DNA from: an uncultured Ignatzschineria sp.
GTDB lineage: Bacteria > Pseudomonadota > Gammaproteobacteria > Cardiobacteriales > Wohlfahrtiimonadaceae
Length of the DNA: 40,000 nucleotides
Assembly: GCA_945619025.1 (NCBI GenBank)
Contig: CALZBJ010000001.1
Location: forward strand, 1-40,000
Direction: 5' to 3'
The notes under the pieces are model-generated. The model had not been told where the DNA came from. It did no database searches and saw nothing but the letters and a program-made list of their open reading frames with translations. Every line of letters starts with the position of its first letter. The first letter of the stretch is position 1. This document shows positions 14,728 through 22,438 of the stretch, one piece after another. The position numbers were made by a program, and so were the translations under genes.

Positions 14728-14812
14728 TAGTGACATTAAACTTCTTGAAAACATCCAAGAAAAAACCATAAAACATTACATACTTATGACTCACAAAAAT
14801 CGAAGAATGTAA
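14651..14812 (+). CDS. Small membrane/secreted peptide (53 aa), hypothetical
   Basis: GGAGG SD 7 nt upstream of ATG 14651. MSITKQKKLLLCVYLMQLIFALNSTSS... looks like a signal or TM segment. Followed by a hairpin terminator. Confidence 0.4.
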   Translation: MSITKQKKLLLCVYLMQLIFALNSTSSDIKLLENIQEKTIKHYILMTHKNRRM

Positions 14813-14818
14813 TCTACA

Positions 14819-14852
14819 AACCTTACTCTAGTGCAAATAGGGTAAGGTTTTT
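14819..14852 (+). terminator. Hairpin terminator of the plus-strand moron
   Basis: AACCTTAC-15 nt loop-GTAAGGTT followed by TTTC. Confidence 0.5.
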
Positions 14853-14910
14853 CTATATCAGCTATTATATCGAAAATAGAAGCTTATGCAAATTTTTTTG
14901 CACACACAAT

Positions 14911-15360
14911 TTATACTGCAACCGCCAACGTACAATAACGAGCAGCAAAATTAAATCTCGCATCATATAATGAGCGACGACTAACCTTAATGCCTTCTAA
15001 CCCACTATTTTTAGATAGTTTTTCCATGCAATCATGGAAATCAATTGATTTAATCAACTTCTCTATACTCTGATTCTCTGAACGTGAAAGAGCTACAGCC
15101 TTAACTATTATTGCATCAACTTGATGTTTTTTCCCCGCCTGCCTCATCACTCCAAACACAATATTACAATTAATTACCTCTCTCTTTACCTCTACTCCAT
15201 GTGGAAGTGACGGATGTACATGCGTTCTTCTAACATCGAGCATAATTTTCAAAGACGGGGATGCGCCATATCCGTTATTTGATAGCGCCCACTTTGCCCA
15301 CTCTTCGAGTGCGTAATCGGCTACATCGAGCTCGGTATCTGCTTGTGACTTATGTCCCAT
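14911..15360 (-). CDS. Putative late-gene antiterminator (Q-like)
   Basis: 149 aa from MGHKSQ (GGGAGG SD; TGATG overlap with the upstream stop). Sits after the RusA/NinG-like genes and before the late promoter, terminators and lysis genes, matching lambdoid Q. Sequence similarity to Q families is not verified. Confidence 0.45.
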   Translation of the reverse strand: MGHKSQADTELDVADYALEEWAKWALSNNGYGASPSLKIMLDVRRTHVHPSLPHGVEVKREVINCNIVFGVMRQAGKKHQVDAIIVKAVALSRSENQSIEKLIKSIDFHDCMEKLSKNSGLEGIKVSRRSLYDARFNFAARYCTLAVAV

Positions 15361-15764
15361 CACACCACCTCCCAAAACTTCAATTGAACGCCCTGTTCGC
15401 TTTTCGGCACGAGCTCATACTTGTGCGTGATCTCGGAGATGTAATTTAGATTGTCATTTTTAAGCATTCCGTATTCCTGCATACAGTCAAAGATGTTTTT
15501 AAGAAGTAAATTATCCAGATCGCGGTTAAGATTCGGGACGCGCCAGATAGCCTCGATCTTATACTCGCCCTCCAGTAATCCTTTAACCTGTGGCTTGATC
15601 TGGTAATAGAGCGAACGCATCGCCCGTTTTTTCAGCGTTGCACTGGCGTATCTATTGCCACGCGCCACATTTGTTAATTGATTGAGATTAAATAGCTTGA
15701 TGCTTTCATTAATTGAAATAGATGCCACTAATTGAACATCGGTTTTTTGTTCCAAATCCTGCAT
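15360..15764 (-). CDS. RusA-like Holliday junction resolvase
   Basis: 134 aa. RDLDNLLLKNIFDCMQEYGMLKNDN matches the RusA D-x-D-N-x-x-K...D..L...DD acidic motif. Lies in the nin-region position. Confidence 0.55.
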   Translation of the reverse strand: MQDLEQKTDVQLVASISINESIKLFNLNQLTNVARGNRYASATLKKRAMRSLYYQIKPQVKGLLEGEYKIEAIWRVPNLNRDLDNLLLKNIFDCMQEYGMLKNDNLNYISEITHKYELVPKSEQGVQLKFWEVV

Positions 15765-15794
15765 GATTGCTACCTTTCTGTATTCCGTTACGAG

Positions 15795-16073
15795 TTAAAT
15801 ATGGTCGAATGTTTCTTTGTATTCTTCGTCAAAATCAAACAGCGGTTTGCTGTTCGCGCTATCTGCTAATGCCTGCAGGTTTGCAATTTCATAGCTATGC
15901 ACCCGCGTTAAATAGGCATTGATCCGTTTTACATCTGACTTGCTGATCCGTGCGCGTTGCGTTTCGATTGCTAAAAGCTCGCCCGTGCTGAGTCCGCACC
16001 CTTTTGATATGTCCGACGATGTAATACCTAATTCAAGACGCGCCATCGATAGCGCTCGTCCAAATTCATTCAT
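15795..16073 (-). CDS. XRE-type HTH protein
   Basis: Start reset to MNEFGRALSMARLELGITSSDISKGCGLSTGELLAIE (AAGGA SD). This is a classical HTH_3 pattern. Confidence 0.6.
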   Translation of the reverse strand: MNEFGRALSMARLELGITSSDISKGCGLSTGELLAIETQRARISKSDVKRINAYLTRVHSYEIANLQALADSANSKPLFDFDEEYKETFDHI

Positions 16074-16083
16074 TTTTATTCCT

Positions 16084-16488
16084 TTAAAAAAGTTTCTTGC
16101 CTTGTCCGTCAATAAACTGGCCATTCAATGCCACAAGCACCACATGCATTTTGATAAGCCACTGGAGCGTTTTTAAAAAGCCCGAATAATGCAGCGCGGT
16201 GAGCTCTTCTGGCGTGAGATCGTGATTCTTATTCCGCCCGTCCACAATGTCGTGGCATGCTTTACAGGACCACGCGCCAAAGAGATCGTGCGACTTGTTC
16301 GCCACTCCCGGCAAGATCGTATCGCCCCGAAGGTGGGCAAGGTGATCGCCCTCCCATAATTCCGGTCTTGGCTCGGGATTAAACTCAAACATAGCGTCGA
16401 TCTTTGGTGATGTGCAGTGGCCATAAATATTGATCATGCACGGCATGTGATGCGCTAATTCGCGAAGGTTCTTTGGTCTTATACTCAT
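16084..16488 (-). CDS. DUF1364 / YbcO-like putative nuclease
   Basis: 134 aa. The C...C....LAHLRG......K.HDLFGAWSCKACHD.VDGR pattern parallels E. coli DLP12 YbcO as I remember it. Confidence 0.6.
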   Translation of the reverse strand: MSIRPKNLRELAHHMPCMINIYGHCTSPKIDAMFEFNPEPRPELWEGDHLAHLRGDTILPGVANKSHDLFGAWSCKACHDIVDGRNKNHDLTPEELTALHYSGFLKTLQWLIKMHVVLVALNGQFIDGQGKKLF

Positions 16489-16502
16489 GCCTCTACTAAC
16501 TC

Positions 16503-17060
16503 CTAAATAAACGTAATAGCGTGAGTTTGAGCGATCTCGATTAAGTGAAGCGCTTGGGTTTTAGCGTCATCGAGTGCGTTGTGATATGTGCCTTTCCGTT
16601 CAAGTTTCACATCGCGAAATAGGCTCTTCATGGTCCGGTAACAGCGATCGTTCCAAAACTTCCACGGCAATTGGATCTGGCAACGTGAATACGCGCCGGC
16701 AAGGATGACGTTATCGAAGCCCGCACCGTTTCCCCAGACTTTGAGTTGCTCATTGATCTCGCCATCTTCCGACCCTAAAAACAGGCTAAGCTTGAATAGT
16801 GCTACGCCGATATCGTGCAGATTGGTTTTAAGCGACTTCCGGGCTTCTTTGTTCTGTCCTAACCACCACATCACCGTATCGCCATCGATCTCCCCGCCTT
16901 TCTCCATGGCGGTGGCTAAATCGACGTTGATATAAAACTCTTCACCGAGCCCGTTTTCATCAAAATAGACCGCGCCAATGGAAACGATCGCTGCACTTGA
17001 TCCCGCTCCCATCGTTTCGATATCGATCATCACGTTGTTCATCTTGCTCTCTACTCTCAT
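16503..17060 (-). CDS. DEDD-type 3'-5' exonuclease
   Basis: 185 aa. Motifs MIDIETMG, WGNGAGFDNVIL and YHNALDDAKTQALHLIE correspond to Exo I, II and III. Confidence 0.75.
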   Translation of the reverse strand: MRVESKMNNVMIDIETMGAGSSAAIVSIGAVYFDENGLGEEFYINVDLATAMEKGGEIDGDTVMWWLGQNKEARKSLKTNLHDIGVALFKLSLFLGSEDGEINEQLKVWGNGAGFDNVILAGAYSRCQIQLPWKFWNDRCYRTMKSLFRDVKLERKGTYHNALDDAKTQALHLIEIAQTHAITFI

Positions 17061-17440
17061 GCTGCTACCCTTCTTTTCTTATTCCAATAATGTTCAAAAC
17101 TGCTCAATTTCCCGTATATATCCTTTGTCGTCTCCGGGTCATCACCTCTAAAGCGGATAATGCCTTTTAGCTTGTGTGGCGTATGAAATGAGACGCGCCC
17201 CCACCCATCAATCTCGAAAATAATGACCCGCATGTGCTCGCCGGTAATCAGTTTCCGAGTCTTGATGAACTTCGGCTCACCTGAATCAATCAATAGCTGA
17301 ATGAGCGCCTGCTTCTGCTCGTAGCACCAAGCGCGGTGTCCTTTATAGATCGTCTGCTTGGCGAGGCTGTTGAAATTCATGGTGAGTTTTAAATTAATTA
17401 AGAAATGCGCGGTCTCCTTCGTTACTTGATCAAAATTCAT
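17057..17440 (-). CDS. Hypothetical protein
   Basis: 127-aa ORF in the operon, with an ATGA overlap to the exonuclease gene. No domain recognised. Confidence 0.5.
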   Translation of the reverse strand: MNFDQVTKETAHFLINLKLTMNFNSLAKQTIYKGHRAWCYEQKQALIQLLIDSGEPKFIKTRKLITGEHMRVIIFEIDGWGRVSFHTPHKLKGIIRFRGDDPETTKDIYGKLSSFEHYWNKKRRVAA

Positions 17441-17443
17441 AGC

Positions 17444-18313
17444 TTACCCCCGTCTGTAACTTGACCAGTCAAAGGTGAGGATCACGCCCTCCGCCATGCG
17501 GTCAATGACTCGTTCGCCGATCCGCTCCGCGAGCTCGTTATCGCTCAAGTTGGAAACGATAATCGTGGGCTTCATCTCTTCATAACGTCGGTTAATCACT
17601 TCAAAGAGCGCGACGTTTTCGGCGTTGCTCATATTGGACGCGCCGGCCTCATCTAAAACGAGGAGATCCGCTTCGGCGTAGGCGTTGAGAATTTTTGATT
17701 CCCCACCATTTCTCCACGTGTCGGCAATCGAGCGAAACATGCCAGATACAGAGCGCACGACCACGCTATGCCCTTTACGAGCGACCGCGTTAGCGATGGC
17801 GCAAGCAAGGTGCGTTTTACCCGTACCGGGCTTCCCAAGGAGCATGAGCGACGTTCCGTTTTCGAGCTGTTCGCTAAAGGTGGCAGCGTATTGCGCTAAA
17901 AAGGCTAAATTGTCGTACTGTGCTTGGTTTGTAACTTGGTAATTGCTGAAGGTTTTCATCTTGAAGCGTTTGGCGATCCCGTCCACTCCGTTAAAAGCTG
18001 CCTTGGTGCGTTCTTCTTTCGCGCACTGTGGGCAATACGGCATCGAGCTGTCCGTCTCGGGGTTATAGCTCAGCCACTTGCCATGCTTGTCGCAAACATC
18101 GTAAGCCGGGACTCGGGTAATGCGGTGCGATTCGCTTCTCTCGAAAGCCACGCGTAAACGCGCCTCGGCGTTCTCTTCGGGTAATGCAGGTTTAAAGCCG
18201 GCTCTCTTCGCTTCTCTTTTCGCCATCGCCTCACGATTTGCCATGGCTTGAGCGATCAACTCCTGCTCTGATTTATTCGCCATCGCTTGTTCTACTGTTT
18301 TAACTGCCATCAT
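17444..18313 (-). CDS. DnaC/IstB-like AAA+ helicase loader with N-terminal zinc-ribbon-like motif
   Basis: 289 aa. Walker A LLGKPGTGKTHLA and Walker B LLVLDEAG. N-terminal CDKHG...CPQC. ATGA overlap with the O-like gene. Confidence 0.8.
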   Translation of the reverse strand: MMAVKTVEQAMANKSEQELIAQAMANREAMAKREAKRAGFKPALPEENAEARLRVAFERSESHRITRVPAYDVCDKHGKWLSYNPETDSSMPYCPQCAKEERTKAAFNGVDGIAKRFKMKTFSNYQVTNQAQYDNLAFLAQYAATFSEQLENGTSLMLLGKPGTGKTHLACAIANAVARKGHSVVVRSVSGMFRSIADTWRNGGESKILNAYAEADLLVLDEAGASNMSNAENVALFEVINRRYEEMKPTIIVSNLSDNELAERIGERVIDRMAEGVILTFDWSSYRRG

Positions 18314-19203
18314 TGCTGCTCTCCTTCACCCTGATTTTGAAACACCTGACGCGCCCCGCGTCCCATTCTGATTCCGACACCGCCAAAGTCTTGGCTGATC
18401 TGCGTGCTGTTTGGTTTTGGTGATGCCTGATTGTTAAACCCACCCATCGCATTGCGATACCAACCTGCATTAAATCCTTGCCAGTTACGTTCGATCGTGA
18501 AGCGAATGGCATGGCTTAATGAAACGTCCGCTTTCTTGGCCTCACGAACAAATCCCTGCAGGGCTGTTTTCGTAAGGGGTGCTTTTTTGGTTTTACGAAC
18601 TTTTAGGAAGTCCTCAATCAGGTCATCACCAACGCCGAACTCTTTGAGCGCTTCTTTTGGGTCAAATTTTTTCGCGGGTTTGCTCGCCTTCTCTTGACGA
18701 TTCAATTGACGGTTATCCTGACGGTTAGAAGAAGTGACGGTTATGTGTGAATATTCTTCACCCTCCCCCTGTGAATATTTTTCACTCCCCCCGTGAATAT
18801 TATTCACCCCTAGGTGTGAACCTGTTTCACTCCCGGGTGAATCTCCTTCACCCCCATTTTCAGGATTTTCTGGTGTGGAATCTTCAGGGTTTGATCCAGA
18901 GTCGGATTCCATCTCCTCTAAATTTCCCGCGCCATCTAAATGCAGGTGATAGATATTCGACTTCTGTTGGCCACTATTAAAGTCGCGTCGCTCTTCAATC
19001 GTTAACAGCCCCTGCTCTTCCAAAGCCTTGATGGCATTAATCACCGTACGGCGCGTGCATTGGCACTGGTCTGCAATATGACGATGTGAAGGGAAACATT
19101 GCCCATCGTCGTTGGCGTTGTCTGCGAGCTTAATCAAAATAAGCTTCTGCGTTGAATTGGCCGTCTTAGTCTTGAAAGCCTTGGTTATAAGTTCTATACT
19201 CAT
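18310..19203 (-). CDS. Replication initiator (lambda O-like; N-terminal HTH_36-type domain)
   Basis: 297 aa. N-terminus LILIKLADNANDDGQCFPSHRHIADQCQCTRRTVINAIKALEEQGLL. The low-complexity middle is encoded by the iteron array. Followed by the DnaC-like loader. Confidence 0.75.
   Translation of the reverse strand: MSIELITKAFKTKTANSTQKLILIKLADNANDDGQCFPSHRHIADQCQCTRRTVINAIKALEEQGLLTIEERRDFNSGQQKSNIYHLHLDGAGNLEEMESDSGSNPEDSTPENPENGGEGDSPGSETGSHLGVNNIHGGSEKYSQGEGEEYSHITVTSSNRQDNRQLNRQEKASKPAKKFDPKEALKEFGVGDDLIEDFLKVRKTKKAPLTKTALQGFVREAKKADVSLSHAIRFTIERNWQGFNAGWYRNAMGGFNNQASPKPNSTQISQDFGGVGIRMGRGARQVFQNQGEGEQQ
18747..18855. repeat. Five iterons (candidate replication origin) inside the O-like gene
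   Basis: GTGAATATTCTTCACCC, GTGAATATTTTTCACTCCCC, GTGAATATTATTCACCCC, GTGAACCTGTTTCACTCCC and GTGAATCTCCTTCACCCCC start at 18747, 18771, 18793, 18816 and 18837. Spacing is 21-24 bp. Each contains the inverted repeat GTGAA..TTCAC. Confidence 0.7.
19172..19200 (+). promoter_or_regulatory. Sigma70-type promoter antisense to the PR-type operon (pO-like)
   Basis: TTGAAA (19172-19177), 17 nt spacer, TATACT (19195-19200). Confidence 0.55.
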
Positions 19204-19206
19204 GGT

Positions 19207-19271
19207 GTCCTCCGTTGACGAGGTCGGCCGATAATGATCAAAAGTAGTGATTTTGGTTATCGGCTTTTTTT
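19207..19271 (+). ncRNA. Candidate oop-like antisense sRNA (about 65 nt)
   Basis: Starts about 7 nt after the -10. The 5' end is complementary to the SD (GGAGG) of the O-like gene. Ends in the hairpin GCCGATAA...TTATCGGC, which has an inner CAAAA/TTTTG helix, followed by seven T. Confidence 0.5.
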
Positions 19272-19276
19272 ATTGG

Positions 19277-19579
19277 TTAAGGAAAAGGTTGCCCTGCTAA
19301 TACATCTGATAAAGAGGCGCGTCGTTCTAATAACGCTTTCATCGCTTGCGCTTCCGTTGTCTTGAGCCACTCCTTACACATCCAATATTTCTTATAGGTC
19401 GTGACTGCTTTGGTCTGCTCGTCTTTAAAACTGTCCCATTCATCTTTGATATGTAATCGATCACGACACTCCGCCACACGCGAACGAAACGCGCCATATT
19501 TAAACTGAACCATCGCTTGCCGATCGCTTAACGCATTCCCTTGTAATAGGTAAAGCCAGATTTGGTCGATTCTAGTCAT
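19277..19579 (-). CDS. Hypothetical protein in the cII position (possible winged-helix regulator)
   Basis: Start reset to MTRIDQIWLY (GAGGGGAG SD; ATGA-type overlap with the cro-like stop). 100 aa. The function is inferred from position only. Confidence 0.45.
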   Translation of the reverse strand: MTRIDQIWLYLLQGNALSDRQAMVQFKYGAFRSRVAECRDRLHIKDEWDSFKDEQTKAVTTYKKYWMCKEWLKTTEAQAMKALLERRASLSDVLAGQPFP

Positions 19580-19778
19580 AGCTCCCCTCTTCTCTCTTAC
19601 TCCAATTTTCATAAACCTCACCGATGGTCATATTTAAGTTTTGAGATATTTTTTCGATGGTTTCGCGACGAGCGCCTCCACCTGCTTTCCATCTCTTAAC
19701 AGCATTTTGAGAAACTCCTAATGCCTTCCCGATGGCTTCTTGTGAGCCGTATTTTTCATGCAATAATTTGTAAATCAT
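19572..19778 (-). CDS. Cro-like HTH repressor
   Basis: 68 aa. HTH region GSQEAIGKALGVSQNAVKRWK. Divergent from the CI-like gene. Confidence 0.75.
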   Translation of the reverse strand: MIYKLLHEKYGSQEAIGKALGVSQNAVKRWKAGGGARRETIEKISQNLNMTIGEVYENWSKREEGSYD

Positions 19779-19789
19779 ATTTACTCCGA

Positions 19790-19869
19790 AAACCTACTGG
19801 GTTTGATTATAGCTTTTTTCTATATTATTTCAAACCTTTTGGGTTTTGTTATTCAAACCAAATTGGTTT
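19790..19869. promoter_or_regulatory. Immunity operator/promoter region: three 15-bp operators AAACC-N5-GGTTT with divergent PR-like and PRM-like promoters
   Basis: Operators at 19790-19804 (AAACCTACTGGGTTT), 19832-19846 (AAACCTTTTGGGTTT) and 19855-19869 (AAACCAAATTGGTTT). Minus-strand TTGAAA (19828-19833), 16 nt spacer, TATAAT (19806-19811) faces cro. Plus-strand TTGATA (19873-19878), 18 nt spacer, TATATA faces cI. Confidence 0.7.
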
Positions 19870-19914
19870 ATATTGATATAAATACCGATTACTGCTTATA
19901 TACAGGGGATTATT

Positions 19915-20601
19915 TTGAACGAAAATGACAAAGCCCTTTCGATAGGGGATAGAATTCAACAAAAAATGAATGAGTTGGGGCTATCTCAAGAGCAGCTCGC
20001 TGACATGGTGGGAATAAGCCAAAACTCTATATCTAAAATAATTAGAGGCGTTACGCGCCGAAGTAAGTCACTTCCATTAATCGCTAAATCATTGGGAGTT
20101 AGTGAGGTATGGCTTGTTTATGGGGATGACATCCAAAGCTCTAATGATGTATTCCCTGCTCCCAACACAACACCCATTAGCGCTCCAAACAATGCAGGAC
20201 GCTTAGTGCCGGTGATCTCTTGGGTTGCAGCAGGTAGTTTTAGCAATATCGATACATTGCCAGCCGATGAATTAATAAAATGGGTGCCATGCCCCGTCCC
20301 GCACAGCCCAAGCACTTTCGCTCTGAAGGTTGTAGGCATTAGTATGGAAAACCCAAATGGAAAACCCTCTTTTGAAGATGGCGATATCATCTACGTCGAC
20401 CCAGAAAAGTGCCCAGAGAATAAATCTTTTGTCATCGTAACCTTAGAAGGCAGTTCGCAAGCGACATTCAAGCAGCTCATTATTGAGCTTGATGGTAAAT
20501 ACATTCAACCCCTAAACCCGAACTGGCATGAGAAGATAATAAAAATTAACGGGAATGCCATCATTAACGGCGTAGTTATTGGGAAGTGGACGGATATATA
20601 A
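19915..20601 (+). CDS. CI-like repressor, XRE HTH plus S24 (LexA-like) autopeptidase domain
   Basis: 228 aa. TTG start with an AGGGGA SD. HTH LSQEQLADMVGISQNSISKIIRG. Ala-Gly cleavage-site context VAAGSF. Ser motif GISMEN and downstream Lys (FKQL). Confidence 0.85.
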   Translation: MNENDKALSIGDRIQQKMNELGLSQEQLADMVGISQNSISKIIRGVTRRSKSLPLIAKSLGVSEVWLVYGDDIQSSNDVFPAPNTTPISAPNNAGRLVPVISWVAAGSFSNIDTLPADELIKWVPCPVPHSPSTFALKVVGISMENPNGKPSFEDGDIIYVDPEKCPENKSFVIVTLEGSSQATFKQLIIELDGKYIQPLNPNWHEKIIKINGNAIINGVVIGKWTDI

Positions 20602-20603
20602 AC

Positions 20604-21722
20604 ATGAATGAAACAAAAAGCAATGAAACCTTGCTGCCAACTGTGTATCCAGATGGGGCAGGTTTTTTCGCTATTAGCATAGATCAGATAGATCAAAGCA
20701 TATGGGCTACAGCTCAAGATATCGCAAGTATTTTTGGTATAGCCAGACCGACAGTTCTTGAACATATAAAAAATATTTACAGAAATCAGGAATTGGCCAG
20801 AAACTCAACTTGTCGGAAATTCCGACAAGTTCAAATCGAAGGCTGCAGAAGGGTTGAGAGAGAAATAGACCACTATAGTTTAGATGTCATCTTAGCTGTT
20901 GGATACAGGACAAATAGTGGAAAAGCTAGCCAGTTCAGGAACTGGGCTGCAAGCGTTCTCAAGAATCATATTGAAAAAGGATACTCTCTAAATTATGCAA
21001 GGCTTGAGAATGATCCTAAAGCACTTAGAGATTTAGCTAACGAAGTAAGAGCGTTGCGCACAAGCGAAAAAAGTACTTACGCAATACTGCGCGAATGCTT
21101 TAGGATTTGCGCTTTAGACTACGATAAAAACTCCCAAGAAGCCCACTCTTTCTTTGCCTTGTTGCAGGATAAGTTTTACCATGCAATTACTAAAATGACG
21201 GGCTCTAAAATAATATTAGACAGAGCAAGATCAGAAGATGCCAATGCTGGAGTTGTATCTTTTAATACCGAAATTCCAACTATAGATGAAATGCTAACAG
21301 CAAAAAACTACTTCAACAATAAAGAACTGCAAGAATTAAACTTGCTATCAGAAGCCTTTTTAGTAATGGCTGAATCGTTAATATCGAGAGGCATAAGGAT
21401 GACTATGAATGGACTTCATAAGAAGATAGACGAAACCATGCGGTTACTTGAATACGATGTTTTTGGTGGTTATGAGAACTACACAAGAGATGAAGCAAAC
21501 GCTCATGCAAGAAGAGAGCACGCCAATTATTTAGAGATACTGCGACTGCAAATGCTAGATTTAGACCACCCTTTCTCTCTTGATAACTTTTACAATGGTG
21601 AATATGACTACCTAAAAGAAGAGACATCAAAAATTTCCCTACATCGGCTAAAGAAAAATCTCCCACAAATAAATGAAAAACTTCTTTTAATAAATCAACG
21701 CCTCTTCTTAGAACATTCATAA
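20604..21722 (+). CDS. RhuM-family protein, apparently co-transcribed with the repressor
   Basis: Start reset to MNETKS, 2 nt after the cI stop. IWATAQDIASIFGIARPTVLEHIKNIY...YSLDVILAVGYRTNSGKASQFRNWAASVLKNHIEKGY is the conserved Virulence_RhuM core. Confidence 0.7.
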   Translation: MNETKSNETLLPTVYPDGAGFFAISIDQIDQSIWATAQDIASIFGIARPTVLEHIKNIYRNQELARNSTCRKFRQVQIEGCRRVEREIDHYSLDVILAVGYRTNSGKASQFRNWAASVLKNHIEKGYSLNYARLENDPKALRDLANEVRALRTSEKSTYAILRECFRICALDYDKNSQEAHSFFALLQDKFYHAITKMTGSKIILDRARSEDANAGVVSFNTEIPTIDEMLTAKNYFNNKELQELNLLSEAFLVMAESLISRGIRMTMNGLHKKIDETMRLLEYDVFGGYENYTRDEANAHARREHANYLEILRLQMLDLDHPFSLDNFYNGEYDYLKEETSKISLHRLKKNLPQINEKLLLINQRLFLEHS

Positions 21723-21742
21723 CTCTAAAAAACACGTCAACA

Positions 21743-21765
21743 AACCGCCAATCGGCGGTTTTTTT
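21743..21765 (+). terminator. Intrinsic terminator after the cI-rhuM unit
   Basis: AACCGCC-AATC-GGCGGTT followed by TTTTT. Confidence 0.75.
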
Positions 21766-21794
21766 ACGCCTGTTGAAATAACCCAAACTATTTT

Positions 21795-21836
21795 AAACCT
21801 TTTTGGTTTGACAACTTAAACCCTTTAAGCTATATT
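21795..21836 (+). promoter_or_regulatory. PL-like early-left promoter with an overlapping operator
   Basis: Operator AAACCTTTTTGGTTT at 21795-21809 overlaps -35 TTGACA (21808-21813), then 17 nt, then -10 TATATT (21831-21836). The spacer contains the palindrome CTTAAAcccTTTAAG (21815-21829). Confidence 0.65.
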
Positions 21837-21892
21837 CACTACAACATAAAGGTTTAGAAAGTTTTAAAGTAAAACAACGCAAGGGGCTCAAC

Positions 21893-22381
21893 ATGGCAAA
21901 CCACATCACCACCCAGATCACCGTAAGCGCAGAGCAATTTGAAACAATCAAAGCGCTCTATTTCAACGAAAACGAAGTCCTTGACTTCAAAAAAGTAATC
22001 GAACACGCACACACCCAGAGCGGTCAAAAAATGGACTTCAAACTTAAGGTTTGGGGATGTGAAAGCGCCTACGATTTTTGCGCAACTGAAACCCAAAACG
22101 GCGTAGAGATCAAATTTTTCACCCACTGGTATCACCCTCTTTTAGTTATTGAGCAGATCGCAAAAGATAACCCAACCCTTTCTTTTGACGTTAAATACGC
22201 CTCCGACGATATGGGATACGACTGTGGCGCGTATAGCGCCCAAGACGGCGAAATTATCAACCACACCAAGGCAGAGCCAAACCAAAGCCAAGAGGCAAAA
22301 AATCAATGGAAGGATTTTGCCGGTGCGCTTCGATACGGCAAAAACTACTGGCAAGAGATCCGTTCAGAATACTTTTCTTAA
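21893..22381 (+). CDS. First early-left gene; Api92-like / DUF1281-like protein (tentative)
   Basis: 162 aa. The pattern FKLKVWGCESAYDF....NGVEIKFFTHWYHPLLVIEQIAKDNPTLSFDVKYASDDMGYDCG resembles the WGTKW...F.TAW.PP..vi..ls..fP.l.f core of that family as I remember it. Confidence 0.5.
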   Translation: MANHITTQITVSAEQFETIKALYFNENEVLDFKKVIEHAHTQSGQKMDFKLKVWGCESAYDFCATETQNGVEIKFFTHWYHPLLVIEQIAKDNPTLSFDVKYASDDMGYDCGAYSAQDGEIINHTKAEPNQSQEAKNQWKDFAGALRYGKNYWQEIRSEYFS

Positions 22382-22438
22382 TCAAATAACCACAAGGTGG
22401 TGCATCACGCGCCACCTAACCAACTTAGGAGATCAAAT

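Noticed and set aside
18747-18855. A regularly spaced repeat array that could superficially be taken for a mini-CRISPR.
   Set aside because: The repeats are about 17-19 bp with only 3-6 bp between them. They lie inside a coding region and each is an inverted repeat. No cas genes are present. This fits replication iterons, not CRISPR.
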